From contig JAQVSI010000001.1 in the NCBI GenBank assembly GCA_028700625.1, positions 7,570 to 71,569 of the forward strand: 64,000 bases of DNA. Reading direction: 5' to 3'. Position numbers and translations under genes: made by a program. The notes under the pieces were generated by a model, which did not search any database, had not been told where the DNA came from, and was given only the letters and a program-made list of their open reading frames with translations. Numbering within the stretch: position 1 is the stretch's first letter; every line of letters begins with the position of its first letter. Of the stretch, positions 45,932-54,424 are shown piece after piece. The DNA comes from Candidatus Shapirobacteria bacterium (GTDB taxonomy: Bacteria; Patescibacteriota; Microgenomatia; UBA12405).

Positions 45932-47662
45932 ATGACGTCAAACTTTTCCACTATAAAAATTGCTGGTCCTGCTGGTTCTGGCATTAAATCTGCCGGTCAA
46001 CTTTTTTCCAAATTTTTAATTGATCATAGTTTTAATTTGGTCGATTATAGTGAATATCCATCTCTGGTTCGTGGTGGTCACAATACTTATCAAATTACTT
46101 TTTCCGACGAAAAAGTTTTTTCCACTCATTTTAATGTGGATCTATTTTTTTCTGTCTATCCAAATCATTGGCAACAACACTTAGAAGAATTTACTAAAGA
46201 TACTTTAATTTTTTCTGATGAGGATTTCTCTAAAGTCAAAACTAAAGCTAAGTTTTTACGTCTGCCTTTAAAAGATATGGCCACTGAAGTTGGTAGTCTT
46301 TTAGTTGTTAATACACTTTGTCTAGGAGTAGCTGCTTATCTTTATGATTTAGATACTACTCTCATTAAAGATCTTATTTGTGAAACTTACGGTAAACACG
46401 GTGACTTAAACTGTAATGCTTTTAATATTGCTTATCAATATGCATTTAAAAACTTTTTTAAGTTTCAAATTAAAATAAAAAAACCAAGCAAAAAGATAAA
46501 AATGGGTTTTTATGACGGTAACGAAGCTTTTGGTTGGGGATTTATCAAGGGTGGTGGCATTTTTTATTCCGCTTATCCAATGACTCCAGCCACCGGTGCT
46601 CTCCATTTTTTGGCTGCCAAACAAACAGAATATAAATTAACAGTAATCCATCCAGAAGATGAAATTTCTTCAGCTAACATGGCTGCTGGTGCTGCTTTCA
46701 CTGGGGCTCGTAGTGCCACAGGCACTTCAGGTGGTGGTTTTGCTCTCATGAATGAAGCTATCAGTTTCTGTGGAATTACTGAAATTGGTATGGTTTATTA
46801 TTTAGTATCAAGACCAGGTCCAGCCACTGGCCTTCCAACGTGGACAAGTCAAGGAGATCTTCTTCATGCTATCTATTCTGGTCATGGTGAATTTCCCAAA
46901 GTTGTTCTTGCTCCAGGAGATCTCGATGAATCTTTTGAATTAAGCCATACTGCTCTTGATCTAGCTGCTCATCTCCAAACTCCAATAATAGTTTTAAGCG
47001 ATAAATTAATCGGTGAATCAAGTGGTAGTACTAATTATTTCCCAGAAATGGAAGTAAAAATTGATAAGGGTGAAATTCTAAATGAAATTGAAGATGAAGA
47101 TTATAAAAGATATGCTTTCACTAAAAACGGCATTTCTCCACTTTCTCTTCCAGGCACTCCAAATGGTGAATTTTTATCCAACAGCTATGAACATGACGAA
47201 TATGGTTTTGCCACAGAAGATGCTAATCTTTCAGAAAAAATGTCTAAAAAGAGAATGTTAAAAAATAAAGTTGCTTTAACTATTTGTCCAAAAGCTAATT
47301 TTTTTGGATCTAAAAAAGCCAAAAAATTAATTATTGCCTGGGGTTCTCCCAAAGGAGCTATTCTTGAAGCCTTAAAATTAATAGAAAATAAAGAAGATTT
47401 TGCTTTTTTACAATTAAAAACTCTCTGGCCAATTAATCCTGAAATTAAAACTATTATTAATGCTTTTAAAGAAATTATTGTTATAGAAAACAATGGTACT
47501 AGCCAACTAGTTACTCTTCTTAAATCTCAATTCGATTTTAATCCAACTAGAATAATCAATAAAAACAATGGCCGTCCTTTCTTTCCAGAAGAAATCATTA
47601 AATTATTAAAAAGTTATCCTGTCAAAGGAAATGCACGCAGGGCAGAGGGTTTAAAACTATGA
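45932..47662 (+). CDS. 2-oxoacid:ferredoxin oxidoreductase alpha subunit (fused gamma-alpha)
   Basis: GPAGSG, RGGH, YPMTPA, EDEI, TSGGG, RPGPATGLPT, IENN. Confidence 0.93.
   Translation: MTSNFSTIKIAGPAGSGIKSAGQLFSKFLIDHSFNLVDYSEYPSLVRGGHNTYQITFSDEKVFSTHFNVDLFFSVYPNHWQQHLEEFTKDTLIFSDEDFSKVKTKAKFLRLPLKDMATEVGSLLVVNTLCLGVAAYLYDLDTTLIKDLICETYGKHGDLNCNAFNIAYQYAFKNFFKFQIKIKKPSKKIKMGFYDGNEAFGWGFIKGGGIFYSAYPMTPATGALHFLAAKQTEYKLTVIHPEDEISSANMAAGAAFTGARSATGTSGGGFALMNEAISFCGITEIGMVYYLVSRPGPATGLPTWTSQGDLLHAIYSGHGEFPKVVLAPGDLDESFELSHTALDLAAHLQTPIIVLSDKLIGESSGSTNYFPEMEVKIDKGEILNEIEDEDYKRYAFTKNGISPLSLPGTPNGEFLSNSYEHDEYGFATEDANLSEKMSKKRMLKNKVALTICPKANFFGSKKAKKLIIAWGSPKGAILEALKLIENKEDFAFLQLKTLWPINPEIKTIINAFKEIIVIENNGTSQLVTLLKSQFDFNPTRIINKNNGRPFFPEEIIKLLKSYPVKGNARRAEGLKL
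47616..47652 (+). repeat. Double-hairpin element, copy 10 (degenerate; forms the alpha-subunit C-terminal tail)
   Basis: atcct-gtca-aaggaaa tgcac-gca-gggca gagggttt; compare copy 1. Confidence 0.75.
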
Positions 47663-48282
47663 ATATTAATTATCGCTCAAAAATTGTTCCCACTTAGTGT
47701 CCAGGTTGTCATAACTTTTTAGTTTTTTCAGCTATTCAAACTGCTTTTAATTCTCTTAATTTAAAATCTTCCGATGTTGTCATGAATTACGATATTGGTT
47801 GTGTTGGTAATATGGCTGATTTCTTTAAAACTTATGGTGTTCATACTCTTCATGGTCGATCTATTGCTGTCGCTATGGGTGAAAAATTAATCAATCCAAA
47901 TCTTATGGTTTGTGTTATTGCTGGTGATGGTGGTGCTTACGGTGAAGGTTTAAACCATTTAATCGCCGCTGCCAGGGCCAACATTGATATTAAAGTTTTT
48001 GTTTCTAATAATTTTCTTTACAGTTTAACCACTGGTCAGACCAGTCCTACCACTCCCAAAGGTGCTCGCACAAAATCAACTCCACTTGGTAATTTAAACG
48101 AACCAATCAATATAATAGAGTTACTCAAAACTATTAACCCTAATATTTTTGCCAAATCAGTCGATGCTAAAAATATTTCTGAAGTTACCAAAAGAATAAA
48201 AGAAGCTCTTGAATTTAAAGGCTTTGCTTTTGTTGAAACCCTCCAGGAATGTGTCGCTTTTGGTAAACAATTAAAAAGCTAA
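47659..48282 (+). pseudogene. 2-oxoacid:ferredoxin oxidoreductase beta subunit with an internal TAG
   Basis: ATG 47659 overlaps the alpha stop; PT*CPGC (TAG 47695-47697), DIGC, HTLHGR, GDGG, TGQTSPT. Confidence 0.82.
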
Positions 48283-48283
48283 A

Positions 48284-49036
48284 TTAGTTCTTTTTCGCAA
48301 TTATTGTCATAAATAATGGAAATTCTTTTCTAGCTCTGTCTTCAACTTTAGCGTTAGATCCGGTGCTTTTTTTATCACTTATCCATTCTTCTATTTTTTC
48401 AATACAAAATCCGTTGTCAAAAAGCATTTCACTATAAGCTGATAAAGGATAATGATAAGACCAAGTATTTTCACTTTTTATTTTTCCCGGATGAGCTAAA
48501 ATTGGAATTTCTAGAGGTGTAGTATAACTATCAATTCGACGATATTGAATCTTTCCATTACTTATATCTTCACCCCAACTACTATGGCGGGGGATCCTAA
48601 ACACTGGATGATTTAAAACAATTACTAATTTGCCATCTTTTTTCAAGTGTTTTGAAAAATTTTTAATCACTCCAAAAGCTTTTTTAATATTTTGTAATGC
48701 TAAAACAATAGCTCCACTATCAAAATTAGTTTTACTAATTGGTAAATCTTTACTTACGTCGGCAATTAAAAATTTATGTTCTTTATTAATTTTTTTTTCA
48801 TTGGCTTCTCTAATCAAATTGCTGGCCAAATCAATTCCTATATATTCAATTTTTTCATTCATATTTCTTTCCAAAATTCCCTGTCCACAGGCTAAATCCA
48901 AAAGAGATTCATTATCTTTTAAATTTAAAATTCGCCTTAAATTTGGCATTATTATATGTTGGTGGTAATAATGACCTTCGTCTCCAACAGTGTTGTTGTA
49001 CCACTTACTTACTTTTTGCCAAGAGCTGTTTTGCAT
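48284..49036 (-). CDS. Class I SAM-dependent methyltransferase
   Basis: LLDLACGQG, NHPVF. Confidence 0.9.
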   Translation of the reverse strand: MQNSSWQKVSKWYNNTVGDEGHYYHQHIIMPNLRRILNLKDNESLLDLACGQGILERNMNEKIEYIGIDLASNLIREANEKKINKEHKFLIADVSKDLPISKTNFDSGAIVLALQNIKKAFGVIKNFSKHLKKDGKLVIVLNHPVFRIPRHSSWGEDISNGKIQYRRIDSYTTPLEIPILAHPGKIKSENTWSYHYPLSAYSEMLFDNGFCIEKIEEWISDKKSTGSNAKVEDRARKEFPLFMTIIAKKN

Positions 49037-49064
49037 GTCTGAATTTTAGCATTATAATGAAACC

Positions 49065-49709
49065 ATGAAAACAAAAAAACTTTCAATTATTTTTCCTATT
49101 ATTTTAATTTTATTTTCTTTTGTCGTCGCTATTTATTTTTATCCAATTCTTCCACCTCAAGTTGCCACTCATTGGGGAATAAATAGTCAACCAAATGGTT
49201 ATTCTTCAAAAGCTTTTGGTTTATTTTTTATGCCGATTTTATCAGTTTTCTTGTTTTTTATTTTTATTTTTTTGCCAAAAATAGATCCTTATAAAAAGAA
49301 CTTTAGTCAATTTCAAAACTATTTTCAAATTTTTATTAATCTAATTTTTGCCTTTTTCTTTTATATTTATTTAACTACCATCATTTGGAATTTAGGTATT
49401 AGTTTTAATATGATGCAAGTTCTTTCTCCAGCTTTTGCTATTCTTTTTTATTATGCCGGAGTTTTAATGACTCATGCTAAACAAAATTGGTTTGTTGGAA
49501 TCCGTACTCCTTGGACTATGTCTAATGAAAAAGTTTGGGATAAAACTCATCAGCTCGGTGGTAAATTATTTAAAATAGTCGGGTTTTTAAATCTTTTGAG
49601 CTTACCTTTTCCTCAATTTTCTGTCTTTTTTATTTTAGTTCCAATTTTAATCGTTACGGTTTTCATTTTTGCCTATTCTTATTGGGAATATAGAAAAATC
49701 GTTATATAA
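49065..49709 (+). CDS. DUF1648/SdpI family membrane protein
   Basis: VATHWG....PNG, NWFVGIRTPWT....VW.KTH. Confidence 0.9.
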   Translation: MKTKKLSIIFPIILILFSFVVAIYFYPILPPQVATHWGINSQPNGYSSKAFGLFFMPILSVFLFFIFIFLPKIDPYKKNFSQFQNYFQIFINLIFAFFFYIYLTTIIWNLGISFNMMQVLSPAFAILFYYAGVLMTHAKQNWFVGIRTPWTMSNEKVWDKTHQLGGKLFKIVGFLNLLSLPFPQFSVFFILVPILIVTVFIFAYSYWEYRKIVI

Positions 49710-49716
49710 TACAAGA

Positions 49717-50475
49717 GTGATTATTATTAAAACTCTAGAACAAATTGAAGGCATCCGAAAATCGTCAAAATTGGCAGCCCTTACTTTAGAATATCTTTCT
49801 AAAATTATTAAAGCAGGTGTTTCCACTGAAAAATTAAATGAACTTGGTCATAAGTTCATTGTCGACCATCATTCCATTCCTGCTCCTCTAAATTACAGTG
49901 GTTTTCCTAAAAGTATTTGTACTTCTATTAATAACGTTGTTTGTCATGGTATTCCATCAGTAGATGAAATTTTAAAAGAAGGAGACATTATAAATATTGA
50001 TGTTACGACTATTTTAAATGGCTATTACGGTGATGTTTCTGCTTCTTTTCCTGTTGGAAAAATTAGTAAAGAAGCTCAAAATTTAATTAATATTACTAAA
50101 AAATGTCTCAATGACTCTATAAAATGCCTTAAACCTGGCAAATTATTAAATGATTGTGTTGGTAAAATTATCGAGCCTATCGCTAAAAAAAATAATTATA
50201 GTATTGTTCGCGAACTTGGTGGTCATGGAGTCGGTATCAGTTTTCATGAAGATCCTTTCGTTTACCACTTCGACACTAGTCAGGAAAAAGTAGTGTTAAA
50301 AGAGGGGATGATTTTCACTATTGAACCAATGGTTAATGCTTCTCCAAATTCCAAAATTACTCTCGATCGTAATGACGGCTGGACCATTCGCACTCTTGAT
50401 GGTTCTAATTCCGCCCAATTCGAACATACAGTTTTAATTACTAAAAATGGATCAGAAATATTAACAACTTTATAA
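49717..50475 (+). CDS. map: Methionine aminopeptidase type I
   Basis: CTSINNVVCHGIP, DVT..GYYGD, GHGVG..FHE, IEPM, AQFEHT; GTG start. Confidence 0.96.
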   Translation: MIIIKTLEQIEGIRKSSKLAALTLEYLSKIIKAGVSTEKLNELGHKFIVDHHSIPAPLNYSGFPKSICTSINNVVCHGIPSVDEILKEGDIINIDVTTILNGYYGDVSASFPVGKISKEAQNLINITKKCLNDSIKCLKPGKLLNDCVGKIIEPIAKKNNYSIVRELGGHGVGISFHEDPFVYHFDTSQEKVVLKEGMIFTIEPMVNASPNSKITLDRNDGWTIRTLDGSNSAQFEHTVLITKNGSEILTTL

Positions 50476-50479
50476 TTTT

Positions 50480-50505
50480 GTACGGGCGGACTAATGTGTC
50501 CGCCC
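50480..50505 (+). repeat. REP-like palindrome
   Basis: gtac gggcggac-taatgt-gtccgccc; perfect 8-bp stem, no U-tract. Confidence 0.55.
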
Positions 50506-50520
50506 TTAATATAATCAATT

Positions 50521-51351
50521 ATGCAAATTTTAGATGGCAAAAAACTTTCAGAAAAAATTCTAAATGACTTGTCGTCAGAAATTAGAAATTTAGATATTAA
50601 ACCAACTCTAGATATTATTATCGTTGGCAACGATCTTTCCAGTCAAAAATATGTGGAAATGAAGCAACAAAAAGCCGAATCTATCGGTATTGGCGGAAAC
50701 ATTCATCAACTAGATCAAAACTCTACCACAGAAGCTGTTTTAGCTCTAATTGATAAATTAAATCAAGACAATTTAGTTACTTCTTTTATGGTTCAGCTTC
50801 CGCTTCCATCGCAAATTGATACCGAAAAAGTTTTATCCCAAATTAATCCTAAAAAAGATGCTGATGGTCTTAGTCCTTTTAATCTGGGTCTTCTTTTCCA
50901 AAAAAAATCAAGTGGAATTGTTTCTGCCACGGCTCTAGGAATTATTAAATTATTAGAAGAGTATCAAATTGATGTCAGCGGTAAAAACGCGGTAATAATT
51001 GGTCGTAGTCCAGAAGTATCAATTCCATTATTTGCCTCACTTATGGCAAAAAATGTAACAGTAACCATCTGTCACACCTCCACTCAAAATTTACCAGAAA
51101 TTTGTAAAAATGCCGATATTTTAATTTCATCTATTGGTAAGGCAAAGTTTGTCAATAAAAACTTTATTAAAGAGGGTGCTGTTATTATTGATGTTGGTTT
51201 TAGTATTGATTCAAATGGTTCTCTTTCTGGTGATTTTGATTTTGATCAAGTTGCTCCGATTTCTAGTTTTATCACTCCAGTTCCTGGCGGTGTCGGCCCT
51301 ATGACCATCGCTTCACTTCTTTCTAATACCGTCCAAATTGCTAAAAAATAA
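50521..51351 (+). CDS. folD: Methylenetetrahydrofolate dehydrogenase/cyclohydrolase
   Basis: QLPLP, KDADG, IGRS, IDVG, TPVPGGVGPMT. Confidence 0.96.
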   Translation: MQILDGKKLSEKILNDLSSEIRNLDIKPTLDIIIVGNDLSSQKYVEMKQQKAESIGIGGNIHQLDQNSTTEAVLALIDKLNQDNLVTSFMVQLPLPSQIDTEKVLSQINPKKDADGLSPFNLGLLFQKKSSGIVSATALGIIKLLEEYQIDVSGKNAVIIGRSPEVSIPLFASLMAKNVTVTICHTSTQNLPEICKNADILISSIGKAKFVNKNFIKEGAVIIDVGFSIDSNGSLSGDFDFDQVAPISSFITPVPGGVGPMTIASLLSNTVQIAKK

Positions 51352-51370
51352 ATTTTGTTATAATTAATTC

Positions 51371-51613
51371 ATGAAAATACAACTTTTTGATCGTGGAACT
51401 CCACAAGGTAAACAGTTATTTTCCAATATCGAAGAAGTTTGTAAACGTCTTCAAATCGATTATGATCCCGAATATGTAAAAGACATGTCACGTGTAATAA
51501 ACATGGGTCTTCAGGGTAAAACTATTCTTTTAATCAATGGGGAAATTGCTTTTATGGACAAATATCCATCAGTCAGAGAATTAGAAACCATTATTTCCGA
51601 TTTTCAAAAATAA
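51371..51613 (+). CDS. Small thioredoxin-fold (MTH895-like) protein lacking CxxC
   Basis: MKIQ.. start, LLINGE, YPS..EL; no Cys pair. Confidence 0.6.
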   Translation: MKIQLFDRGTPQGKQLFSNIEEVCKRLQIDYDPEYVKDMSRVINMGLQGKTILLINGEIAFMDKYPSVRELETIISDFQK

Positions 51614-51617
51614 ACCT

Positions 51618-51827
51618 ATGTTCATAAAAAAAATTTTTCGACATATTTCTAAAAACAAACTATTTTTTACTATTTTGGAAGCAGTTACTTTTGTCACAAT
51701 CTGGAGGGGAACTTGGGGTCTTTTAGATAAATATTTATTTCCAAACTCTCCTCAAACTAGCTATTTAACCTCAATTTCTATTGGTATTCTTCTTCTTGTT
51801 ATTTTTAAAGATAAATTAATCGATTGA
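51618..51827 (+). CDS. Small membrane protein
   Basis: WRGTWGLLD.YLFP, two TMs. Confidence 0.65.
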   Translation: MFIKKIFRHISKNKLFFTILEAVTFVTIWRGTWGLLDKYLFPNSPQTSYLTSISIGILLLVIFKDKLID

Positions 51828-52535
51828 AAATAGTATTTTAGCATTCGCGTCAATTATTTTTTCTGTTTCTTCAAAACTCATTCCCCAAATTTCTGCTACC
51901 TTTTTATAAACATATTCCACATTTTTTGGACTGTTAATTTCACCTCTAAATGGCACTGGTGTTAAGTAAGGGCAATCAGTCTCTAAAATTAACCTATCTT
52001 TAGGTATATTTTTAACTATTTCCACAAGTCCATCCTCATAAGTCAAATTTCCATCAATTCCAAAATACCAATTTTCTCCCAAATCAATTATTTTTTTAAT
52101 TCTTTTATTTCCTCCGGCATAGCAATGAAAAACTCCCGATAAATTTTTATATTCTTTTAATATTTCTACAGTTTCATCAACCGCTTTTCTTGCATGAATT
52201 ATTAGAGGTAATTTATATTTTTGTGCCAATTCAACTTGTTTCTTAAAAACAATAATTTGTTTTTCTTTATCAAAATCACTAGAAAAGTCTAATCCACATT
52301 CACCAATCGCTACAATTTTTTTATAATTTTCGTCAACTAATTTTTTCAGTTCAGCAGGGGAATCTTGATTTTCCATTGGGTGTATTCCCAAACTAGCTAA
52401 AAGTTTTTCAGGATATTTTTCACCTAAAATAAGGTTATTTTTTGAGTCTTTCATACCAGAAGCAGCTAAAATAATCTTATCTACCCCCCTATCAATGTCG
52501 CACAATGTATCTAAGTGAGCATGTGTATCAATCAT
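51816..52535 (-). CDS. tatD: TatD family hydrolase
   Basis: DTHAH, GIHP, IGECGLD, IIH.R, FHC, LETDCP. Confidence 0.95.
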   Translation of the reverse strand: MIDTHAHLDTLCDIDRGVDKIILAASGMKDSKNNLILGEKYPEKLLASLGIHPMENQDSPAELKKLVDENYKKIVAIGECGLDFSSDFDKEKQIIVFKKQVELAQKYKLPLIIHARKAVDETVEILKEYKNLSGVFHCYAGGNKRIKKIIDLGENWYFGIDGNLTYEDGLVEIVKNIPKDRLILETDCPYLTPVPFRGEINSPKNVEYVYKKVAEIWGMSFEETEKIIDANAKILFSID

Positions 52536-52536
52536 C

Positions 52537-53943
52537 TTATTTTATTCTCGGAAATAAAGACTCATTTAATGGTTTTACTTCATTTTTAAAACAATTTTCA
52601 ATTTTTTTGGCCACTTTCGGGCATAAAATTTGCAAGTGGAAGGCAGCCTTTCTTATATTTTTGATACATTCATCTAATACTGCAATTCTCTCTGGATTTT
52701 CCTTTTCTAACTTCCATGGTGTAGTTTGATTCAGTTTTAAATTTGAAGTGTCAATCCATTTATTAAAAATTAAACCGAAAGCTTCGTCCAAATCAAGATT
52801 ATTAATCAAATTTTCAAACTCAATATCAAAAGTAATTTCTTCATCTATTGTTTTTTGACCTTCAGCTAATTTTGCCACTCTAGAAACTAAATTTCCTAAA
52901 TTATTAGCTAAATCAGCATTATATTTTTCCTTAAATCGATTAATTCCAACATCTGAATCATTTTTAGAAGGAAAAGATCTAACAATTAAATATTTAGTTC
53001 CCTCAACTCCAAATAGATCGATTAACTGTTGTGGTGAAATTACATTACCTAAAGATTTAGACATTTTTTGTCCATCAATCATGTAAAAACTATGAGTGTA
53101 TGTTTTTTTAGGCAATTCAATTTTTGCTGAAAGAAGCATTGCTTGCCAAATAACGGTGTGAAACCACAAAATTTCTTTTCCAAGTAAATGTAAATCAGCT
53201 GGCCAGAAATCTTTTTTACCATCCACAAACTGGGTGGCACTAAAATAATTTATTAAAGCGTCAATCCACACATAAACGGTTTGTTTTGCATCCCAAGGGG
53301 TTGAAATTCCCCATTCTACATTTTCTCTTGAAATTGAAACATCTTTAACTCCAGATTTAAGTTTTGTCAATATTTCCGATCTTTTACCTTCTGGAAAAAT
53401 ATAATTACTTTCATTATTTTCAATTAATTTAATAATCTCGGGAATATATTTAGTCAATTTAAAAAACCAATTTTCTTCACTTTTAAAAACAGTTTTTTCT
53501 GGTGGGTGAAGAGGACATTTGTTATCGACTAAATCAGTTTCGGTTAAAAATTTTTCACAGCCAACACAATACAAACCTTCATATTTAGCTTTATAAACAT
53601 CATTATTATTGTAAATTTTTTGCAAAATTTCACCAACCACTTTCTTGTGTCGTTCATCAGTTGTTCTAATGAAAAAATCAAAACTAATGTCTAAATTTTT
53701 CCAAGCTGCTTCAAATCTTGGGGAAATTTTATCGCAGTAAACCTTAACTTCTAGTCCTTCTTTTAAAGCTGTTTCTGCTACTTTTTGGCCATGCTCATCA
53801 GTTCCAGTTAAAAAGAAAACATTTTCTCCTTTTGCTCGATGAAATCTAGCCACTACATCAGCAGCCACTGTTGTACAAGTATGACCAATATGAGGAATAT
53901 CATTTATGTAATAAATTGGGGTTGTTATAAAAAAATTTTTCAT
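52537..53943 (-). CDS. metG: Methionine--tRNA ligase
   Basis: TTPIYY..PHIGH, GTDEHGQK, YVWIDAL, KMSKS. Confidence 0.97.
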   Translation of the reverse strand: MKNFFITTPIYYINDIPHIGHTCTTVAADVVARFHRAKGENVFFLTGTDEHGQKVAETALKEGLEVKVYCDKISPRFEAAWKNLDISFDFFIRTTDERHKKVVGEILQKIYNNNDVYKAKYEGLYCVGCEKFLTETDLVDNKCPLHPPEKTVFKSEENWFFKLTKYIPEIIKLIENNESNYIFPEGKRSEILTKLKSGVKDVSISRENVEWGISTPWDAKQTVYVWIDALINYFSATQFVDGKKDFWPADLHLLGKEILWFHTVIWQAMLLSAKIELPKKTYTHSFYMIDGQKMSKSLGNVISPQQLIDLFGVEGTKYLIVRSFPSKNDSDVGINRFKEKYNADLANNLGNLVSRVAKLAEGQKTIDEEITFDIEFENLINNLDLDEAFGLIFNKWIDTSNLKLNQTTPWKLEKENPERIAVLDECIKNIRKAAFHLQILCPKVAKKIENCFKNEVKPLNESLFPRIK

Positions 53944-53962
53944 TTTAGTTTAAAAAACAAAA

Positions 53963-53985
53963 AAGAGTATCTCTTAGATACTCTT
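53963..53985 (-). terminator. Terminator downstream of rpsT
   Basis: aagagtatct-ctt-agatactctt with an adjacent A-run (U-tract on the minus strand). Confidence 0.65.
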
Positions 53986-54028
53986 CATTTTGCCACATTA
54001 TTTGGATAAATCCAAATCTCTGTGGCTA

Positions 54029-54349
54029 TTACATTTTTTTGTTAGATTTTTTAGTCACTTTTTTGACTATTTTTTTAGTTGGTTTTTTCTTAGCCACAAC
54101 TTTTTTTACAACTTCAATCCCAACTTTTTTTGAGTAGTTAGATTTAAGTCTGTCAGATTTATTTTTATGAAATAAATTCTTTTTAACAGCTTTATCTAAA
54201 ATAGAATAAACTTCTTTTAAACCATCATTAGTTGGTTTAGCTAAAAACTTTTTAATAATAGTTTTTAACTGATTTTTAAAAGAAACATTATCCTTATTAT
54301 TTTTTAAGGATTTTCTTAATGATTTTTTTGCAGATAAACTAATTGGCAT
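54029..54349 (-). CDS. rpsT: 30S ribosomal protein S20 with Lys-rich tail
   Basis: MP...SAKK.LR, LDKAVKK..FHKNK..R.KS. Confidence 0.92.
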   Translation of the reverse strand: MPISLSAKKSLRKSLKNNKDNVSFKNQLKTIIKKFLAKPTNDGLKEVYSILDKAVKKNLFHKNKSDRLKSNYSKKVGIEVVKKVVAKKKPTKKIVKKVTKKSNKKM

Positions 54350-54424
54350 GAGCAGTATTTTATCTTATCTTTTTCCTATTTACAACCATATATAACTAGT
54401 TAATAATCAGATATAATTCAAATC

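Noticed and set aside
3547-47652. GC-rich repeats as a CRISPR array
   Set aside because: Copies are kilobases apart and variable, with no spacers and no cas genes.
7127-47697. Stop-codon reassignment (e.g. code 25) to explain internal stops
   Set aside because: The three internal stops are TGA, TAA and TAG, each once, and all three codons end normal genes in this window.
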